Below, in pieces: positions 1 through 13,688 of a DNA stretch of 64,000 nucleotides. The notes under the pieces are model-generated. The model worked only from the letters and a program-made list of their open reading frames with translations, was not told the DNA's origin and searched no databases. The position numbers and the translations under genes were made by a program. The stretch is from Lytechinus pictus (Eukaryota). Each line of letters begins with the position of its first letter. The stretch's first letter is position 1. The DNA is taken from assembly GCF_037042905.1 (NCBI RefSeq), contig NC_087252.1, positions 5,272,001-5,336,000 of the forward strand. The letters are read 5' to 3'.

Positions 1-3000
1 AGACCACCGTTAGTAGAAAGTGAATCAAACATAAATCCCTATGTTACTTCCTTTGAAAATCATGTTACAGACAAATTTAATTCATCATCACAAGAGTTGA
101 ATTATGATTTTGACACTGATAACCAATTTCCAGGTCCATGTTCTGAATACGTCACCCATAACCAGTTTAATAATGTTGTTAAGGAATTTGATAACTCCTC
201 TTTTTCTCTTATACACCTTAATATTAGGAGCATTAACAAACACTTTGATGAATTACGGTTACTTTTAGATAATCCCACCATGCAAACATTTTCAGTAGTA
301 GGTTTAACCGAAACATGGCTTTCTCATGATTCAAGCCTTCCATTCGCTCTCGATGGTTATGATCTTTTAGTTAACAACAGACAAAATAGGGTGGGTGGGG
401 GCGTTGCATTATATGTTTCACAATCTTATGATTATGTAGTTCGAGACGAGCTTAACAGCATGTCTGATACAATTGAATCTCTTTTTATTGAAATTACTAT
501 CCCTAACAGCAAAAACATTATCATAGGTGTTATATACAGGCCTCCGAGTTCGAATATCAAATCATTTCTAGATCATATCTCAGACTTGGTTAAAAATCAA
601 ATTTTTGATAGTAAAAATTGCTTTATAATGGGCGATTTTAATATTGATTTATTAAAACAAAATAATGTTACACAAGATTGTTTGGAAATATTTTTATCCG
701 CTTCTAACTTACCTTTAATATCTAAACCCACACGCGTAGTCAATGAATCCGCTTCGCTTATTGATAATATTTTCTGTAACGTTCTTCCCCCACCCGATTC
801 CTTCATATTACTCTCTGATATCACTAATCACTTCCCTGTCTCGACTAATTTCTCTTTAAAAGACAGATTCAATAACATATATAGCCGTCCATTAAAACGT
901 AGAATAACACACGAAAATATAGCTCGTCTGGGTGCTAGTTTAGACGATGTTGATTGGTCTTGTGTCTTTGATAATAATGACGTTAACTTGTCCTTTGAAA
1001 ACTTTATGAACATTTTTAATTTACACTTTGACACCCATATTCCAAAACTTAGAGATAAGACATTTAACTACAAAAAAAAATCACCGAAGCTCCCATGGAT
1101 TTCTAAATCGCTCTTGCGTTCGATAAATAGAAAGAATAATTTATATTATAAATACAAAATGAAACGCTCTGAGCAATCCAAACTTAAATATACTTGTTAC
1201 AAAAATACATTGACAAAAATTATACGTTTAGAAAAGAAAAGATACTTTACTAATCAGTTACAACTTTACAAGCGTGATATGCAAAATACATGGAAAGTTT
1301 TAAAACAAGCAATGGATATAACAAATAACAAATCTAATATTACAAAAATTAGATCTGGCGATGTTATTTTTGAAGATTCTCACCAAATTTGTAGTATCCT
1401 GAATAATCACTTTTCTTCAATTGGGGAAAATCTTGCAAGTAATATTCCTCCCGCAACAAAACACTTTTCTGAATTTTTAGGCCCACCAAATTCTAGTTCA
1501 ATGTTTCTCGCTCCAACTTATAATCAGGAGATAATTAATATTGTTTCTGATTTTAGTTCTAAAAAAAGTACAGGACATGATGACATCAATAATTTTCTTC
1601 TTAAGTGGGTAATATCGTCCATTGCGGATCCCCTAACTCATATATTCAATCTGTCACTTCTTAACGGCATTGTCCCCGAGAGCATGAAAATTGCAAAAGT
1701 CATTCCTTTGTTTAAAAGGGTGATAAATTAGATGTTAATAATTACCGCCCAATTTCTTTGTTATCTACTTTGTCGAAAATACTTGAAAAGATTATTTATA
1801 AAAGAACTGTAAATTTTTTCAAATCAAATAATATTTTTTCAAATTCGCAATTTGGATTTAGGGAAAAGCATAGCACCACACATGCATTATTGAGTTTCAT
1901 TGAAAAAGCGGCACATTCAATCGATAAATCTTCTCATTTAATTGGTTTGTTCCTGGACTTCTCCAAGGCCTTCGACACCATTAATCATGATATTTTACTT
2001 AACAAATTACATCATTATGGAGTGCGTGGGAAGGCCTTGGAGTGGTTCAGGAGCTACCTCATGAATAGGAAGCAATATGTCTTTTTAAACGGTTGCAATT
2101 CTCAAATGAAAAAAATTAATTGTGGAGTTCCCCAGGGTAGTATTTTAGGCCCGATTTTGTTTATAGTTTATATTAATGATTTTTGTAGATCATCAGATGT
2201 TCTTTCTTTCATTCTCTTTGCGGACGACTCCAACTTATTTTTTTCACATAAAAATCCTCTTCACCTTGCTAATATAATCAACTCTGAACTAGAAAATGTC
2301 ACCGAATGGATAAGAGCAAATAAATTGTCACTAAATCTTCAAAAAACAAAATATATGTTGTTTAGCAACTCTATAAATACACTTCCTGTTGATATTATTT
2401 TTGATGGAACTCCCTTGGAAAATGTATCCCATATTAAGTTTCTTGGAATAATAGTCGATAATAAGCTCTCATGGAAATTTCACATAGATAACATATGTAA
2501 AACTATTTCACGCAACATTGGTATAATTAACAAGCTTAAATTTTGTTTACCATTATCGTCTCTGCTGACATTATATTCATCCCTTATATTGCCTTATTTA
2601 AATTATGGAATTTTAGCGTGGGGTAATACACAACAAACACTCTTAGACAAATTACTCCTATTACGAAAGAAATCTCTACGTATTATATGTCACACGGCAT
2701 ATTTGTCTCATACTGACCCATTATTTTTTGGAAATAAAATATTGAAAATTAAAGACTTATATTTGTTTAATCTCGGTCAGTTTATGTATAACTATAACAA
2801 CAACAACCTCCCAAATGTATTTAATTCAATTTTTCCAAAAAATCAATCCATTCACAACTATCCAACAAGGCGATTGGGTGAATTTCATTTACCACTTTTA
2901 AGAACTTTGCGGGCTCAGAACACATTTATATATGATGGACCGAAGTTATGGAACTCACTTCATAATGATATAACAAATGCAACATCTTTGAACTCTTTTA

Positions 3001-3903
3001 AGACTAAATTCAAATTATCTCTATTAAAACCTTATAATATACTCCCAAATTAAGTTTAATTCATCATCTCTGTCACGTCATCATTATTACTTTAAAGACT
3101 ACAATTAAAACATAAAATAATTATTATCCTTTTTTTTATAAAAAAAAAATCTGACACAAGTCCTTCTCCGATGTGCTCATTATTGAACCTCATACATTAT
3201 TGTGTCTATCCTCTCCTCTATTTTCTCCTCTCCTGTCCGCTTATCCGCCTTCCTACCGGTTATTTGTTTACGGCATCAATCACATTTTCCGTGCATTATA
3301 TTCTTTCCAGGTTATTTTATATACTTTTTCTCCTTTTATACACATCATTGAATCCAGTTTGCTTGAGTCCACGACGGCATGTGTTCTATCTACATAAAAC
3401 AACACCCATCCATCTTCTCAGGGCATTCTCCCCCTTTTTTTTTTTTTTTTCCTCTTTTTTTCTGTGGGGGGGGGGGTTGGGTGGGGAAGGGTGGATATTT
3501 TTAGGACGGGTTGTCTTGTCCTTTATTTAACTGTATATTTTTGATAACTTTGTATTTATTTTGTGAGTATTTCCCTCTCAGTTATTGATTTTTTTTTTCT
3601 CATTTGATTATCTGTATTTATACTTTGCTATTTTGTTATTTGTTGTGTTATCTATTTTTTGAGGGGCCCACATTGTACAAGCATTGCTTTTTAGTGGGTC
3701 CCTCCATTTCCATTTTAATTTAATTTCTATTGAAAAATAGTATACTTATTTAAAACCTACAATGTGTTGCCCAAATTGTTTAAGTGTATCATTATTTTCT
3801 TTTTTTGTAACGTATACAAATATTTATGTTTATATATGGTATACAATTCATGTATGTACAATTGATGGAAGTGAAATAAATAAATTTGAAATTTGAAAAT
3901 TTG
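1..3903 (+). mobile_element. L2/CR1-group LINE (Crack-like); 5' end lies outside the window
   Basis: APE endonuclease plus RT coding region, long 3' UTR, stem-loop at 3661-3704, and an AATAAA + (ATTTGAA)-like tail at ~3874-3903. Confidence 0.9.
97..3053 (+). pseudogene. LINE ORF2 (APE endonuclease + reverse transcriptase) split by one frameshift at ~1714-1717
   Basis: Motifs LNIRS, GLTETWL, GGGVALY, IYRPP, MGDFNID in ORF 97-1731; LDFSKAFDT, GVPQGSILGP, FADD in ORF 1758-3053. Adding one A to TTTAAAAGGG restores VIPLFKKGDKLDVNNYRPISLL. The usual endonuclease SDH motif reads TNH. Confidence 0.9.
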
Positions 3904-4827
3904 TTCTCGGATTAATTGCCAATAGGGGCTGATGAAAGTTTTGCAAAGTCGGATACACTGGCGTAGGTAGCCAATGGAAGCAGAGGAGGCGAGAGGAGTG
4001 GTGGACCTTTAGTTCATCAGCGATCGCCCCCAAAACAATAAAAAGGACCATCCACTGAAGCTACCCTTTGTGGAGTTGAATTAAAATAAGATTTGAAGAG
4101 CTATGATTTTACTAGTGATATATTTTTTGTTATTGCTGCCTCTCAAACAGAGATCCTTTCAATGCAACACCCTATCATATACAACTTTGTAGTTCAGTTA
4201 CACCAGTGAAATTCTTAATTCATAATGGTTCTTCGTTGCAATATCTTCTTGTATGCTATTTAGTAGGTTTAACTTATGCTTTACTGGTGAAAATAGAAAA
4301 GAGATATGCTAAGATTACTGGTGCACTTTTAATATGACCCCAGCTGGTACAAGATCAGGAGGCAGTAGGACAGTATTACAAAAGAGAATGTTATGAGATT
4401 GTCCAATGGTATGATTTGTATGGTCAAGATCATTAATGATTTGAAAATGATATCTAAATGCTTTTTTGTTGTTTTCCTTGCAACTTCTTTAGCACCATTA
4501 AAAAAATACAAGGGGTTAGGGATTTTTAAAGATATTTTATATTAAACATAAAAATGTTATATGAGATATATGACATTTTTTAAAACGTTTAGAAAAAAAC
4601 AAACATATAATGTAATTTTTCGACAATTTTTTGGAAATGTTATAAAAAATGTTTTTCATGGGACATTGAAGAAAAGTGGTGACAGAACCAAGCCCTGGGT
4701 TACACCTTGACACTGTCGGCCAAATTGAAAATTGCGAGTCTTGTATATATGGTTTAGAGGATCGTTGGAAGAATCTGCCTTAAGCGACTGTAAGGAATTC
4801 CCAGGTGATGCTTTACTCCGAACTTGT

Positions 4828-5128
4828 CGCATTCCACTACGAAGAAACTCTCTACAAAGTACCAGTTCCTTTGAAAATGCAATTCAAATCACAATGGAGA
4901 GCTGAGAGGCTTTTGTCGAAGTTGGTGGACCGGGACAGCATCGGAATCTCTTGACTCCGGACAACGAAAAATTTGCAACGGTTTGTCCGGTGCAAATCTT
5001 CAGATAATCTGCTGTCCCAGTCTACCAACTCTCGACAAAGCCTGTCAGCTCTCCGTTGTGATTTCGATTGCATTTTCAAAGGATTCGTAACATTAGAGTG
5101 TGTCCGTAGTAAATGCGAAACTCCCTAT
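4828..5128. mobile_element. Degenerate palindromic MITE (~300 bp hairpin)
   Basis: CCTTTGAAAATGCAATTCAAATCACAATGGAGAGCTGA..GGGACAGCA is mirrored by TGCTGTCCC..TCAGCTCTCCGTTGTGATTTCGATTGCATTTTCAAAGG; right end is CTCCCTAT. Confidence 0.7.
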
Positions 5129-5178
5129 TATCCGGCCTTTGTTACGTCATGATCACCGCTATCGTCATCAACGTCAAT

Positions 5179-5483
5179 ATAGGGAGTTTTCGCTAAATGA
5201 CGTGCGGAGGATTCAAGAACATAGTAAATGTATTGACAATGCTCGTCAAATGACAAGCAACAGCTGTGAGGTCTTTGTCGGAAATTGATGAACTGGATCA
5301 GCAGTTTCGTCCGGCTGACGAAACATGGGAAATACATGTATGTCGTTTATCCAGAATCTACGACTAAACTGCTGTTTTGATTCACTAATTGTCGCCAAAG
5401 ACTTCTTTGTTTTCATTTGTTATGACGGGCATTTAACAATACATTTACTTTATTAACGTACGACGTTGAAAAATAGTCCCTAT
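5179..5483. mobile_element. Second degenerate palindromic MITE with ATAGGGA..TCCCTAT ends (PIF/Harbinger-like)
   Basis: AGTAAATGTATTG..ATGCTCGTCA is mirrored by TGACGGGCAT..CAATACATTTACT, and CAGCAGTTT by AAACTGCTG. Superfamily inferred from the termini only. Confidence 0.65.
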
Positions 5484-5514
5484 TTTCATCATGATCAGCG
5501 AGAGTAGCACTAAT

Positions 5515-5775
5515 ATTATCGGCATCGTATCCAAGTACCATCATGATTATTGTGATTATTATTCATAATGAGGATGATCATTTCGATGATGCTAATAAAG
5601 TAGTGATAATAATAACAACGCTGATGGTGGCAATGATAATGATGTTTGTGATTATGATGATAACCGTTCAAAATAACATAATGATGGTAATGTAGGATGA
5701 TGGTCATCATCATTTAAATCAGTATCATTATCACTGTCGCCTTCTTATTGATTATCACCAACATTGTCGTCGTCA
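5515..5775. repeat. Degenerate (ATG/ATA/CAT)n trinucleotide low-complexity tract
   Basis: Runs of GAT/AAT/CAT triplets; the His-rich ORF 5516-5713 is a by-product. Confidence 0.8.
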
Positions 5776-6109
5776 GGTAGCTAATAATGGATACTTATAG
5801 ATAAAATAGGCAGATATTAGTTAATCAAACATACTTTGAAATGACACCGCATTGAATTTACTGAAGAGATTTATTACCACAAATGAAAAACCCTCATGCA
5901 AGAGAAGAATTTCAATAAGATATACAAGCAAGTTCGTAAGTAAAAATATTTCCATATGAAAACAATGTTAAGATATCGAATATAAAACGTGGATTCACAT
6001 TCTACAGTTCCAAGATGACCATGAATCCCGGCCATGAATAGAATAGGGGTATATGAAAGATCATTGATACTTAAACATACAAAAGGACCATTATGAGTGT
6101 GATGACAAT

Positions 6110-6880
6110 GTTTTTTTTTATTTTCTCATGTCACCCTTAAAAGGGCATTGAATAAAACCAGATAACAACAAAGAAATAAATTCTCAGTATCAAATACAAC
6201 ATATTTACATTATTTACAATATTTACATTCGAGTATACCAGCCAATACAGGCGACATTTTAAGAAAAGAGAATACGTGTTTAGTCTAAAAACAAATGTAT
6301 AAAAAAAGATAAATTGTGAGTAAACATAAAAAGATGAAGTAAATAAAAAGGATTTAAAGACAACAACATAACCATTATAAAATATTTACAAGATCATTGA
6401 TAATTCATTTTATGACTTAAACAGTAAATCTTTAATATTGAGATGCGAATTTTTCTAAATTGGTGATCTGTTTCATGTTTCCCGAATTAAATAATTGATT
6501 CATCTTTAGTGTATTTGGACGTATTCTAATATACGGCTTGATATATGTGTGCCTCAAGTTATTCAATTTCGGACATTCAAACAAATAATGAAATTCATCT
6601 CCAATTTTATCAAGAGTGCAAAGATTGCATGTTCGATTTTGCCATTCTATTCCCGAATATCTACCCGTAACAATTGGTAATCGGTGATTTGCGCATCTCA
6701 ATTTTGTGAGTGCTATCCTACATGTATAGGGAGAGGGAAGTTTGATTAAGTAAGCTTCAAGGCCAACCTGATTTTTGAAAATTCTGTAATTAATACATTG
6801 TGAGCTATTGTTCACAACAAGCATTACTAAACGATTAATCATTTGTCCAAATATTTGACATTGCAAGTTCATTTAAATTA
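6110..6880 (-). mobile_element. 3' fragment of a non-LTR retrotransposon (RTEX-like C-terminal Cys/His domain + 3' UTR)
   Basis: ORF 6432-6872 contains LRCANHRLPIVTGR..RTCNLC..GDEFHYLFEC; an A-rich tail with AATAAA lies at ~6110-6125 on the minus strand. Confidence 0.75.
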
Positions 6881-7427
6881 GACTGAATGAATTTAACCCA
6901 AGAAGAGGAATATATGCCAAGGTCATGAAGCATTTTCAAAATTTTACAAGAAATAGTTGAATATTTAGGGGGAGTGGGGCTTCAGTCCCCACTTTTTCCA
7001 AAAACCATGTACAAAAACGTAAAAATTAGCATATGATTATGAATTATTGCATGGTCAGCCCCCCCACGTTGTAAGCCGTTCCGCGGCCCCTGTACCTTAC
7101 ATCTTTTGATGAATGTACTATATATGTTTTCTGACATTCGCTCTCTTTAAATTTTCCAGAAATTGTGCTACTGTAAAGTCGGCTGCTTCAAAATGTTTTC
7201 GTCATTACGTCATTGATTTAGGTAATTTACAGTAGGCTCCATTGGAGGCCTTGATAGGGGTTGTGTACTCCTAGCTACACTACATTTATCAGTCAGGCTA
7301 GGGTATCATCAGTTTTTTAAACAACACTCGCACGTCTCCTATGCCACCGTGCCATACATATTCTAGAATTATTTTATATGCTAGTACATGTAAAACAAAT
7401 CTTATCCTTATACCACTACAACCTCAA

Positions 7428-8040
7428 AGCCCTGTCACGTCGTTCTGTGCAAGCCTTGCGGGTGAGTTGCGGATAACTGTTTTCCAGCACGCAACCAAAT
7501 TTCTGCGGGTGAAAAAGCATTTTCACAAGGTCTGCGCGCGGGACGCGTGCAATTTACTGTCGTGTATTGCGTGTGCCCTTCGGGCGAAGCGGGATGATGG
7601 CGCGTGTAAGTTGCGGGCGACATTCGTGCCCCGCGTGTTATCTACTGCCAACCTGCGTCAAATCTGCGATTCACTTTAGTGAGAGTTGCGTGTGGATTGC
7701 CTTGTGATGTCGACTTGTTGATTGGCAGAGGTGCTGAACCAACGATCTTGGCCGCAACTCGCAGCTAACCAGTAGAAAGAAATTTGTCCTCAACATGCAC
7801 GCAAATTGCTCGTGCCTCGCCCGCAGAACTCACCAGCTACACCAATGTTGGCAGTATCATGGCTGTTTCTTGTCAGTATATTTGGCACGCAGAATGCCCG
7901 CACTGTCGCAGATTAACACGCATTTCCAGCGCATAGCCAGAGTTCCGCGGCAATCTGCGTGTGACTTGCGGGTCAGAACTGATGTTTTGCGCAAATCTGG
8001 AATAAGTTTTGAGCAAATTCAGAATTTGTCTGCGGGCAGA
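7428..8040. mobile_element. GC-rich fragment of a non-autonomous DNA transposon (possibly Harbinger-like)
   Basis: Dense TGCG/CGCA short motifs in both orientations (e.g. GAGTTGCGG vs CCGCAACTC); start AAGCCCTGTCAC; no credible ORF. Confidence 0.4.
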
Positions 8041-8715
8041 CATGGTATTCAGAAAATAACATCATATCTTACATCTTTCCTAATTTACTTTCATTTCCTT
8101 TCCTTTTCTTTCATCTTTTCTTTTTTATTCTCGGTTGTAGAACTTTTTGGGGCCAGTGAATCAGGGTACTAATGGATAATTCGTTTTTCATTCCTGATTT
8201 TCGTAGAGCAAAAACGGAAGTCAACCTCATAGATTGGTCTTTGAAAACACAAAAACGAAATCACAACGAGAAAAACCCCGTTGTGATTTCATTTTTGGAG
8301 ATCAAAAACAGAAGAATGACATCAGAAATACTTTTGGTCCTCTCTGATACCTCATTCTATACCTGTGTTTGTTATATATTAAAAACAAAATCAGAACACG
8401 CTTTCTACCCCCTGATTATGTTTGGAAAAACGCAGACAGCGAAAACGAAATCGGGTAGTTCGCTTTCCACTTCCTGCTCTCTGATTTCGTCTTTCGCACA
8501 GCCAACAGCCAACACACGTGCACGCAGTGCAGTGCATGCATGATACGACCACGTGCGACAAAAATTCACTTTAACATGGCTTTTTCCAGCGTTTTCGGAC
8601 CTTCGCAGACAGTGGCGTAGCTAGGATTTTTTTCCCGGGGGGGGGGGGGGGGGACTGGGGGGTCCTTGCTTTTTCAGGGGGGGGGGCACCGGCCATTTCT
8701 TGCGGTGTGTGTGTA

Positions 8716-10010
8716 ATAAAGTAATTTTTCAAGGGGCCCCCAGGGATATCCCGACGGCCTAGCCAGGGTAATCACGTATCCTAACTTGTAGAACTTGACT
8801 CGGGCAATCAGATAAACACTGACTTGACCCGGCGCATGCACATTTAGAGGGCTAAATTTAACAAAATTAAAGGGAATAAAGGGCTATTTATCGCATTTTT
8901 AAAATTAAAATAAAGTAATTTTTCAAGGGGCCACCAGGGATATCCCGACGGCCTAGCCAGGGTAACCACGTCTCCTAACTTGTAGAACTCGACTCGGGCA
9001 ACCAGGTAAACACTAGCTTGACCCGGTACATGCACATTTAGGGGGCTCAAATTAACAAAAGTAAAGGGAATAAAGGGCTATTTATCGCATTTTTTAAATT
9101 AAAATAAAGTATTTTTTCAAGGGGCCCCCAGGGATATCCCGACGGCCTAGCCAGGGTAACCACGTATCCTAACTTGAAGAACTTGACTCGGGCGATCATA
9201 TAAAAAATGACTTGACCCGGCGCATGCACATTTAGGGGGCTAAAATTAACAAAATTAAAGGGAATAAAGGGCTATTTATCGCATTTTTAAAATTAAAATA
9301 AAGTAAATTTTCAAGGGGCCCCCAGGGATATCCCGACGGCCTAGCCAGGGCAACCACGTACCCTAACTTGTAGAACTCGACTCGGGCAACCAGATAAACA
9401 CTGATTTGATCCGGCGCATGCACATTTAGGGGGCTCAAATTAACAAAATTAAAGGGAATAAAGGGCTATTTATCGCATTTTTAAAATTAAAATAAAGTAT
9501 TTTTTCAAGGGGCCCCGAGGGATATCCCGACGGCCTAGCCAGGGTAACCACGTATCCTAACTTGTAGAACTCGACTCGGGCAACCAGATAAACACTCGCA
9601 TGGCCCGGCGCATGCACATTTATGGGGCTTAAATTAACAAAATTAAAGGGAATAAAGGGCTATTTATTGCATTTTAAAAATTAAAATAAAGTATTTTTCA
9701 AGGGGCCCCCAGGGATATCCCGACGGCCTAGCCAGGGTAACCACGTATCCTAACTTGTAGAACTCGACTCTGGCAACCAGGTAAACACTAGCTTGACCCG
9801 GTGCATGCACATTTAGGGGGCTCAAATTAACAAAAGTAAAGGGAATAAAGGGATATTTATCGCATTTTTAAAATTAAAAGTATTTTTTCAAGGGGCCCCC
9901 AGGGATATCCCGACGGCCTAGCCAGGGTAACCACGTACCCTAACTTGGAGAACTCGACTCGGGCAACCAGATAAACACTAGCTTGACCCGGCGCATGCAC
10001 ATTTAGGGGG
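8716..10010 (+). repeat. Tandem array of ~194-bp units (~7 copies), left arm of the foldback
   Basis: The marker AAGGGGCC..GGGATATCCCGACGGCCTAGCCAGGG recurs at ~8731, 8925, 9119, 9313, 9507, 9700 and 9889. Confidence 0.95.
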
Positions 10011-11767
10011 CAACTGGTTAAAGCATCTCATGAGCAGATCTTATTCATATATTATACTCAGTCCTAAATCCTCCGCCAATAAAATAGTTCCGAAAGCTGA
10101 GTGACACCTGTATTTTTCTTTTATTTGCACAAAATATGTTCAATGGTTGCCCATTCTCTGTTTCTAGAATCAGTCTAATCATTATACATATTCTTTTTTG
10201 TAATCAACTTACAAATTAAAAAAATGAGAATGGGTTGGGTCGAATGAATATCTTCAGCCTTCTGTTGTAGATCGTCATCTCTTGGAGAAAAGATGGGGGC
10301 GTATATCGATAGAAAACGTATTGTCAAAATATAAAATATGAGTATAAAGCTCCTCAAATCTTCGAATAATTCTCATGAGACATTTTCTTTTGCACGTGTA
10401 GCCTTCAATTCAATTAATTAGCAACTTAATATAATATGTGATGTATGTACCCGCGATTTGATTAAAAAAAAAAATGGCCATCTGCAATGTTTAAAAATAT
10501 CACGAGGTTCTGGGGGCTCCGCCCCAGACCAGTGGCGCCACCGAATGGGGAGTCCCCAGTGAGTTGCCCCCCCCCGAAATTTGAAGAAACAAAATGTATA
10601 GTAAACGTTGTCATAATACTCCAAAAATGTTTTTTGTTCTTTAAATTTTAAAAATATTCTCATCCATTCACCGTTAGCATTTAGGTCCCAACAATTTTGG
10701 TCACTAACATAAATCTTTCAGGCCATTATATAAAATTAAAAATGTAGCTCGCGATACGCGCTCGCAGTTATTAATGATTATCTGTTCACATGGGGCTTAA
10801 AAATCAAATGTTATTAGAGTTTTCATTATTTGTTTTAGCGAGATACATATCCTGCGTATTCATAATTTCCATAGAGGATTTATTTTCAGCGAATTAGATA
10901 GCCATTCATTTTATAATTAAAAAAAAGCTTAGAACGGCCAGGTATCATCCCGGATATCAAAAATTTTCAGCTCACGCTTCGCGCTCGCATTATGCATTTG
11001 GTGAGATATCATCTTCATGACCCAATTAATGCAAACAGCTGATTCTTAACAGTTCCCTTTTTAAATCAGTAGGGACTGCATTTGCAATAAAATTAGCTCG
11101 CGCTTCTCGCTCGATTTTTTTTTTAAATGTGTGCCATCCCCCCGGCCCCAAAATGTTTGTTTGCCTCCTCCTAGGTTAAAAACCCTAGTACCGTCATTGC
11201 CCCGGATCCGAACCGCATAGCACTGCCCCCCCCCCAAAAAAAAAAAAAAAAAAAAAAAAGAAAAGTTCTACAACCGAGAAAAAAAAATGATAAAAGGAAA
11301 GAAAGAAAAGGAGAAGAAAGATATGTCATTTTCTGCATACCATGTCAAAATCAATCTCAAAATTGAAGGTGATTTTTATTCTCGCTCGCTTCGCTCGCTT
11401 GAGACTTATTATTAAGCAAATTTTTGCTGCGTGCGCCATGGTGTGCCCCCTCTATTTTGTTCTTATCTCGCATTGAGCTTCGCACTAATGCTCGGGGCAT
11501 AATCATAAAATAACCTGTTCATACAATGATATGACCCCTCCGTTCTCCCTTCTCTTTCTCTCCCTTTCCCCCTCCTTTTCTTTCCTATCTCTCCCTTTCG
11601 CTTCTCTCTCTTCTATTTTGTCTTCTCTCTTTCCTTGTTGTTTTTTACTCTACCCATCGGCAGCACTAAGGGATGGGGGGAAAAGTCAGGACCGTGGTTC
11701 CCCATGCTTGAAAAAGCCCGTATTCCTTTACTTTTGTTAATTTTAGCCCCCATAATGAGCATGCAAC

Positions 11768-13688
11768 CAGTTGCGTAACAGGCGGGGGGGGGGGGGGGGT
11801 GCAAGCTGCCCCCCTTCCCCCTGGCGGAGTTCACCGTGAAAATGTTAAGAAAAAAAAACCGGGAAAAGGAAAAAATAAGGGGAGAAAGAAAGAAAGGGAA
11901 AGGAGAAGGAAAGGAAAAAAGGTGAAAGGGGGAAAAGGGAGGGGAATAGAAAAGGGTAAGGGAAAATAAAACTAAGAAAAAAAAAGGGAAAACGGAAAGA
12001 ATTTGGAAAAAGGAAGGAAAGAAGTACATGTGAGGAAGAACAATTTTCCCAGATATACACATACATTAGCATGATTAGTAAGACAGGGAAATGAATTAAA
12101 GATGACAAAAAGGCAAACAAAAGCGGGAAATTAAGGTAGAATGGAATGAGGCAAAATCTAAATTGGAAAATAAAAAAAAAGGGACAAGATGGGCTGCTGA
12201 GGATTGAAGATAACGAGAGGGAAAAAAGATGGATGGTATATAGCATAATTTCGTATGAAAGTCTATTATAAACTTGCTAAATATCCAAAGCTACCGGGGG
12301 CTCTGTCCAAGAGTCAAGACCCCGTGCAGTGGAGGCTCTTAACCTGTAACCTTTAAAGGGTTCTATAATGGCCCCCTATATGGATCCTTCCGTTGAAGCA
12401 CTGGCGTACGGGGGGGGGGGGTTCCACAGCCAAGGGGAAATAAAAGAAAATGAAGGAGGCAGCGTAATGAGATGAATAAAATATTTTAAAAAATATATAA
12501 GACATGACATTTGCTATGATGTAAAAATCTATCACATAATTATAATTTTATTTCAAAATGCCATTTTTCTTCTGGCTCGCTTCGCTCGCTGGCGACTTTT
12601 TTTTAAAACAAATTTTCCCACATTTGCTATGGTGTGCCCCCTCAAAATATTTGGATGATTACGGTACACAACTACATTGATTGATTGATTGATTGATCGA
12701 CTAAATTTCCAAAGCGACTATCACATAATTAGAATTTAATTTCAAAATAATTTTAAAAGACAGGGAAATAAATTAAAGATGATAAAGGCAAACAAAAGCG
12801 AGTGAAGGTAGAATGGAATGAGGCAAAATCTAAATTGGAAAATAAAAAAAAGGGACAAGATATTACTACCGGGCTGCTGAGGATTGAAGATAACGAGCGG
12901 GAAAAAAAGATGGATGGTATATAGCATAATTTCGTATGAAAGTCTATTATAAACTTGCTAAATATCCAAAGCTACCGGGGGCTCTGTCCAAGAGTCAAGA
13001 CCCCGTGCAGTGGAGGCTCTTAACTTGTAACTTTTAAAGGGCTCTATAACGGGCCCCTATATGGACCCTTCCTGCATTAACCTTTGCGTTGAAGCACTGG
13101 CGTACGGGGGGGGGGGATTGGTTCCACAGCCAAGGGGAAATAAAAGAATATGAAGGAGGCAGCGAAATGAGATGAATGAAATAAAAAAAGACATGATATT
13201 TGCTGTGATGTAAAAGTCTATCACACAATTCAATTTTATTTCAAAAGGCCATTTTTCTTCTGGCTCGTTTCGCTCGCTGCCGACTTTTTACAAATTTTCC
13301 CACATTTGCTATGGTAGACCCCCTCAAAATATTTAGATGATTACGGTACACAACTGCAGCACTGAATTTATTTGTAGTGTGAAAGCTATATAAATATACA
13401 CGCAATTTGATTAAAATTAGTGGCCATCTGTAAGGTTTAAAATGGCTTTAATATCAAGAGGTTCCGGGGCTCTACCCCGGACCCCACTCATTTTTGCCAT
13501 TAAAATGTCAAAAATTTTGCTCGAACGCTCCGCTCGCTCGCATAAATATATATTTTTGTCCGATACTCCATAATATCGCCCCCTCAAAATTTTTGCCTTA
13601 TGACTCCATTGCCTGCTTTATGATGTGACCGGGAAATTCTTGGTTCTTGCCCCCCCCCCCCCAGCCACCGACCCCTGTTACGCCACTG
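11768..13688 (+). mobile_element. Non-autonomous hAT-type element with 8-bp TSD
   Basis: TIRs CAGTTGCGTAACAGG / CCTGTTACGCCACTG; CATGCAAC duplicated at 11760-11767 and 13689-13696; internal ~590-bp direct duplication (12081-12675 vs 12758-13357). Confidence 0.85.

Noticed and set aside
8172..8543. 123-aa ORF mirrored by ORF 20158-20562
   Set aside because: The match reflects the inverted-repeat arms. There is no recognisable domain, so I do not call it a gene.
8716..10010. Regular repeats as a CRISPR array, or the repeated 60-68 aa ORFs as a peptide gene family
   Set aside because: The units are full-length tandem copies with no unique spacers and there are no cas genes. The ORFs simply follow the repeat period and are broken by indels in other units.
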